DNA of 11,195 nt from Zygophlyctis sp. KS116. Taxonomy: Eukaryota; Fungi; Chytridiomycota. The stretch spans positions 1 to 11,195 of the forward strand of contig BAAFSQ010000311.1 in the NCBI GenBank assembly GCA_054661495.1, written 5' to 3'. Each line of letters opens with the position of its first letter. Within the stretch, counting starts at the first letter, position 1. The position numbers were made by a program, and so were the translations under genes. The notes beneath the pieces were generated by a model. The model worked only from the letters and a program-made list of their open reading frames with translations. It did no database searches and was not told the DNA's origin. This document shows positions 6,755-11,195 of this stretch, piece after piece.

Positions 6755-9700
6755 ATGGATGAATCAAGACATGGATCGGATGATGAGTCTGAAGAATTTA
6801 ATTCAAGTACCTCTTCTCTAGATCTAAAGAAATCAAATGCTCCAATAATACCAAGAATTCAATCAGTTAAAGATCATCGGGCGTTTGATGCTCAAGGTAA
6901 TTATTACATGATGCATTTAATGCAATCAGTCATAAATGCTTAAATTATGTCTAACGGTTAGAGTCTAAAGAAATTAATCCAATACTTGATGCACAGATTT
7001 TAGAGTTTGCGCCAATACTAGATAAAATAGATTTGGGATCTAATACATCTTTGGGATTTGATTTTCAAAGGCCAGAAAATAATGATCCTACTACAATTTC
7101 TAGTCATAACTTGTCGAGTATGAAGTTGGATGATCTTTTAAAATCAGAAAATTCTGATTCAGACTTCAAGCATCAGACTCAAAGTGTGGGACAATCTTCT
7201 CCTCAAGGTACTAATTTAATTTTACTGAAAATTTCTTAGAATCAGAAGAATTTCAATCTAGTAGCTCTTCAATAAATATCGGGAATACTAGTAAATTCAT
7301 AGAGTTAACTCCACGTGTTAAAACTGATGCAGTTGGGGATTTAGATTTATTTAATTTAGCTCTCAACTTAAATGATGAGGCAGTCTCAAGACAAGGTATT
7401 CTTTAAATAATAATTATTAAAAGAGTCTGAGGAATTTAGTTCAAATAATTCTTCTCTAGATATTATTCCAAATGCAATAACTCAATCTCATGCACCACGT
7501 ATAACAAGTGTTTTGGAAACTGGTAATATTGCAAAAGAGTTGAAAGAGATACTAAATTTAAATTCAGAAACAAGTCAAGTCTTTGAAAAGGTTTATTTGA
7601 CAACTGTGCCATCTCAAAATATGGATTCACCTCAAGGTAATAATTTTAAGTTTTTAAAAAAAGAATCTGATGAATTGAATTCAAGTAGTTCTTCAATAGG
7701 GCAGTACAATTTAAATTCTACGCCTTTAGTACCTCGCACTGTTCAAGTTGAGCCTCTGAATGAAAATGTTACGAAAGACAAAGTTTCAGAGGTTGCTGAT
7801 CAAGGAGAAGAAATGATTAGAATAAGGTCGTTTGAAAATTTAAAGTCGGAAAATAGCTCTCCTGCAGGTATATTTTTTAAGTAAAATGAAATAGAGTCAG
7901 AAGAATTCAAGTCTAGTAATTCTTCAATTGATCTTGTACTTTCAAAAGATAAAACTGTTTTTATTAACAGAAAAAGTATGGATTTAACTAGCCAAAATGA
8001 AAATGCATTAAAGGCTAATGAAAATCCAAATGCAACTGTGCCATCTCAAAATATGGATTCACCTCAAGGTAATAATTTTAAGTTTTTAAAAAAAGAATCT
8101 GATGAATTGAATTCAAGTAGTTCTTCAATAGGGCAGTACAATTTAAATTCTACGCCTTTAGTACCTCGCACTGTTCAAGTTGAGCCTCTGAATGAAAATG
8201 TTACGAAAGACAAAGTTTCAGAGGTTGCTGATCAAGGAGAAGAAATGATTAGAATAAGGTCGTTTGAAAATTTAAAGTCGGAAAATAGCTCTCCTGCAGG
8301 TATATTTTTTAAGTAAAATGAAATAGAGTCAGAAGAATTCAAGTCTAGTAATTCTTCAATTGATCTTGTACTTTCAAAAGATAAAACTGTTTTTATTAAC
8401 AGAAAAAGTATGGATTTAACTAGCCAAAATGAAAATGCATTAAAGGCTAATGAAAATCCAAATGCAGTTGCTAATGAAAATAACCCAAATATCGCTCTAA
8501 AAAGCACCGCTCCTCAAAATGGATTCCCGGAGAAAGCCATTATGGATAAAAAAGTACAATTTTCTACTGATTCTACCGGGCCTGATAACCAAGGCTCAGA
8601 ATCAAAATCCAAATTTACGGATAAAGCCAAAAAGCTTCGACCACGCAACTCTGCAGCAATTGATCCACCCACTCGCCTGTCCATGCTAGGCTCGCCTAGT
8701 GAATCATCTTCTGTGGAGTCTACTTCAGAAGAAGATGAACCAGAACAGCCATTAAGTTTAGCCGATGAAAGGGAACAACCAGCAATCAAAAATGATTTTC
8801 ACGGTAAATATCACAGATTTTTTGTCCCAAGGTCTGCTACCAAGCCAAAACTATCGAGTCCAACTGATGATGTCGGGTATTATTTTGTATTGTATGATCA
8901 GAAATGCTATTTTTCTGGTTTCTTATTCAAAAGGAATGAACTAGGAGCAAATGGAAATCTTTTGAACAAGACCCATACTATAAGGCAATATGGGACTGTA
9001 GAACGTGGAGGCGAGTGGGTGAAGTATTGGGCAGAAATTATCGGGGGACTTTTACTATTATGGAGAGTGCCTGCTGAGTTGCAGGCACATATATATCCGA
9101 AAAAAACAAATCCTACAGATCACGAAAAACATCCGAAAAATCCATCTGAAAAAGGTATTGCCAGTTTAATTCAAGCTGAATTATTTCCCTCTTTAGAGTG
9201 CATCGAATCTATCAAATTGAAATCAACTCCATTTATTTTGCAACTAATCAATTCTTCAACTGAATTAAAGACTTCTTCTTTTAGCTCATTATATGCGGAG
9301 GATATTCTACCGCCACCTTTACCATTCACTTCAATATTCACTGTTTCGAATCAGGGACGCAATAGATATAAATTTGCTGCACCTGCGTTCATAACTTCAA
9401 ACCTCTGGGTCAGGGCGATCCAATTATCTATTTTCGAAAATGATCAAATTAATTTCATTTTTTCAATGAAATTACTAAAAGAGCCACGGTATTTGAATGT
9501 ATGGACAGATCTAAGTATACCTCCATTTAGTTTGGGTATAAAAGGCCATTCTAAACCTTTTGAATGTCTTGTTGATGCTCAGCACGGTTTGGAAATGCAA
9601 TCGAAGCGATATTATTGCATTGTATCTCATGAAAAACTTTCTGGGCACACAAAAAACGAAAACAAGGCTTCAAATAGAAAATCAACTTTATTTGGTCATG

Positions 9701-11195
9701 TACAAACTGATGCAGTTGCCGATGCAGCTAGAGATTCAGAATCCGTCACGGAAGAATTCAAAGGAATGATTTTACTCTACGATGATGAGGCTGATCATGA
9801 CAGGCGACACTCGCCTTCAGTCAAAATTGAGGATGTTCACTCAGCATTCTTAATCTGGCCGAGGTCTAAAATATCTTCAGAAAACGAGTTTGTTACATCC
9901 ATTAAATTATATGGGAATATTAGTTACATCCCCACAGCTGAAGTCAAGAAAAAAAAGGACAGAAAAAGTAGATTGACCTGGAATGAAGTCGAGAAGTCCA
10001 ATGAAAAGTCTAAAGAAAATCCCGTTCCTGCGATATCTCAGGATGGGTGCTCTTTTCTAACTCTTTCGTTTGAAAATACTCAGCTTTCTCTAAGATTTTT
10101 GGTTTCCATTTGGAATTCCTTTGGGATTGAAACGATAATTGAATCATGTTATGAGAAGGAACATTTATGGAATAATCCACCTGTGGGATGGGGAAATTTG
10201 TCTCTAAAAGTAGATGAATTATTCGGTGATTTTGATCTATCGAATATTAGAAATTCGTACGATTCATTTGATAGAATGCTGCATGATAAGTTGATGATTT
10301 TAAAAATTGGTCTGCCAGAAGAATGGATTACAGGCTTAAACAGCCTGGGAGAATTTCATGACAATGCTGAAAAGGAAGAAGTATTGATCAAGGCAGACAC
10401 CCTGATTCAATCGGCCATGGATCTTCCCAAAGATTCTATTATCCCTGTATGGCTAGATGAAGAAATGAATAGTCGAAACATAAATCATAAGGATAGAAAG
10501 AGTGGAGCCGAGGTTATTGAATCGGAAAACAGGCCAGATATTAATAATGGCCAGTCTGATATCAGAATTCCTCCTTCCAGAGACAATTCATTGCTTATAA
10601 ATTTTGCTTTTGATAAGAGTAATTTTCAGCTCCTGGAAGCCGGTACACAAATAAAAAGCGTTGAAAAAAAACAGAAGAATGACGGCAAATTAAAACATAT
10701 CTCATATCTCACTAGTAACGATTCGCAATTAGCATTAGAACGTGAATTTTCTTCATCTTCTTCTTCAGCAAATACTTCTTCATCTGAAGAATTACCCAAG
10801 GAATCTGATAAGCCATGTATGTCGGATCTTACGATTACAATTCCAAATGGGCTAAACATAGATACTCATGGTCTGATTTCAAGCTGGACTGAGGAGGAGC
10901 ATATGCGCTTCCAAAGCTATGTGGCCTGGATTACCAAGGAATGTGTAAGAATGATTAATTCTAATATTAGGGAAATCATAATATAAATGGAGGAATAGAT
11001 AATCTCGATCCAGATAAGCTCATTTTCGAATCGAAATCTTTGCTAGGGACGGGTTTGAATCAACGGCCTAAAAAAGAGGCTATTCATGGGCCTCTTATTT
11101 CTGCAATTCCAAAAAATAACAATAGTTCGGTACTAGATGATATGAAAAACACACCTTTAAATGAAGGGCTTCTAGGCAATCACTCCAGATCTAGC
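6755..11195 (+). CDS. Skg3/Caf120-like PH-domain protein with a long repetitive acidic/Ser-rich N-terminus (>1394 aa, 3' end outside window)
   Basis: Exons 6755-6896, 6962-7207, 7240-7395, 7424-7636, 7664-7867, 7895-8068, 8096-8299, 8327-10944 and 10971->11195 give a stop-free frame. The region ~8905-10130 has YFSGFLFKRNELGANG, WVKYWAEIIGGLLLLW, IFTVSNQGRNRY, WVRAIQLSIFE, KRYYCIVS, IEDVHSAFLIWPRS, IKLYGNI and LRFLVSIWNSFG. These parallel, in order, the blocks I recall for fungal Skg3/Caf120 PH-like domains (recognition from memory, not a search). Confidence 0.8.
6897..6961 (+). other. Spliceosomal intron, 65 nt, gene D intron 1 (phase 1), with internal hairpin
   Basis: gtaatt...ctaacggttag with a canonical CTAAC branch site; gives DAQ-ESKEIN; stem spans 6906-6950. 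Confidence 0.88.
7208..7239 (+). other. Spliceosomal intron, 32 nt, gene D intron 2 (phase 1)
   Basis: gtactaatttaattttactgaaaatttcttag; gives SPQ-ESEEF. Confidence 0.9.
7396..7423 (+). other. Spliceosomal intron, 28 nt, gene D intron 3 (phase 1)
   Basis: gtattctttaaataataattattaaaag; gives SRQ-ESEEF. Confidence 0.87.
7637..7663 (+). other. Probable intron, 27 nt, gene D intron 4 (phase 1, in frame, no stop)
   Basis: gtaataattttaagtttttaaaaaaag, in the same CAAG|gt...ag|AATC context as its neighbours; not required for the frame. Confidence 0.72.
7868..7894 (+). other. Spliceosomal intron, 27 nt, gene D intron 5 (phase 1)
   Basis: gtatattttttaagtaaaatgaaatag; contains an in-frame TAA; gives SPA-ESEEF. 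Confidence 0.88.
8069..8095 (+). other. Probable intron, 27 nt, gene D intron 6 (duplicate of intron 4)
   Basis: Identical to 7637-7663. Confidence 0.7.
8300..8326 (+). other. Spliceosomal intron, 27 nt, gene D intron 7 (duplicate of intron 5)
   Basis: Identical to 7868-7894; leads in frame into the 858-aa track ORF. Confidence 0.87.
10945..10970 (+). other. Spliceosomal intron, 26 nt, gene D intron 8 (phase 0)
   Basis: gtaagaatgattaattctaatattag with a CTAAT branch-like site. Removal bypasses the stop at 10984-10986 and opens 75 codons (GNHNINGGIDNLDPDK...) to the window end. Confidence 0.85.

Larger units (their letters stand above)
6784..8367 (+). repeat. Degenerate exon-level repeat array, eight ES[EDK]E[FLI]-headed units
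   Basis: ESEEFNSSTSSLDL, ESKEINP (degenerate), ESEEFQSSSSSINI, ESEEFSSNNSSLDI, ESDELNSSSSSIGQ, ESEEFKSSNSSIDL, then the last two again. Units 2-8 each start at an intron. Confidence 0.88.
7601..8466 (+). repeat. Perfect direct tandem duplication, 432-nt period
   Basis: 7601-8032 equals 8033-8464 with no difference found by eye; identity extends 2 nt (CA) to 8466. Each copy has two 27-nt introns and 378 exonic nt (126 aa). Confidence 0.96.

Noticed and set aside
6896-6963. Twin/recursive intron: remove 6897-6929, creating a new G|TCATA donor, then splice again
   Set aside because: The frame is kept only with a poor GAG acceptor at 6963 and a weak donor, and it would destroy the conserved Glu of the repeat. 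The other 65-nt intron cannot do this. Lariat or intermediate reads could reopen the question.
1594-8326. Pseudogenes, programmed frameshifts or stop-codon reassignment as the cause of the broken ORFs
   Set aside because: Every break coincides with a GT-AG segment whose removal restores the frame and conserved motifs. TAA and TAG act as genuine stops at the MFS and Ebp1 ends.
6784-8367. CRISPR-like repeat-spacer array or prokaryotic operon of small ORFs
   Set aside because: The repeats are degenerate at codon level, spaced about 180-280 nt apart and tied to GT-AG introns. There are no cas genes and the gene content is eukaryotic.
7601-8466. The 432-bp direct repeats as LTRs or a mobile element
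   Set aside because: The copies abut with no internal sequence, TG...CA termini or target-site duplication, and they are in-frame coding sequence.
8446-8490. Mini-repeat GCTAATGAAAAT (ANENPNAVANENNPN)
   Set aside because: Real but trivial local slippage in low-complexity coding sequence beside the duplication end; it is not reported as a separate system.
6379-10859. ORFs 6379..6576, 6440..6685, 8232..8507, 8514..8789, 9560..9769 and 10626..10859
   Set aside because: They are alternative-frame or antisense overlaps of well-supported genes, with no independent support.

Overview
AT-rich, very compact eukaryotic DNA, most likely from an early-diverging fungus (inferred from the gene set and intron style). 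It uses the standard genetic code. The fragmented ORF track resolves into four spliced genes once 19 GT-AG introns are removed; 17 are only 24-34 nt and two are exactly 65 nt. The genes are: (A) a large unknown protein on the minus strand (3675 to beyond base 1), (B) a 506-aa MFS transporter (-, 5408-3743), (C) a 374-aa Ebp1/PA2G4/Cdb4 homologue (-, 6688-5506), and (D) a Skg3/Caf120-like PH-domain protein (+, 6755 to beyond 11195). The intergenic gaps are 67, 97 and 66 nt, so about 93% of the window is coding by my models. Three signals stand out. (1) The N-terminus of gene D is an array of symmetric phase-1 exons, each intron splitting the first Glu codon of an ESEEFxSSxSS motif. (2) A perfect 432-bp tandem duplication has just added two more units to that array. 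(3) Both 65-nt introns fold into hairpins that hide a decoy AG in an 8-nt loop and collapse the intron to about the short length class. All splice models were derived by hand from frame restoration and are untested against transcripts.
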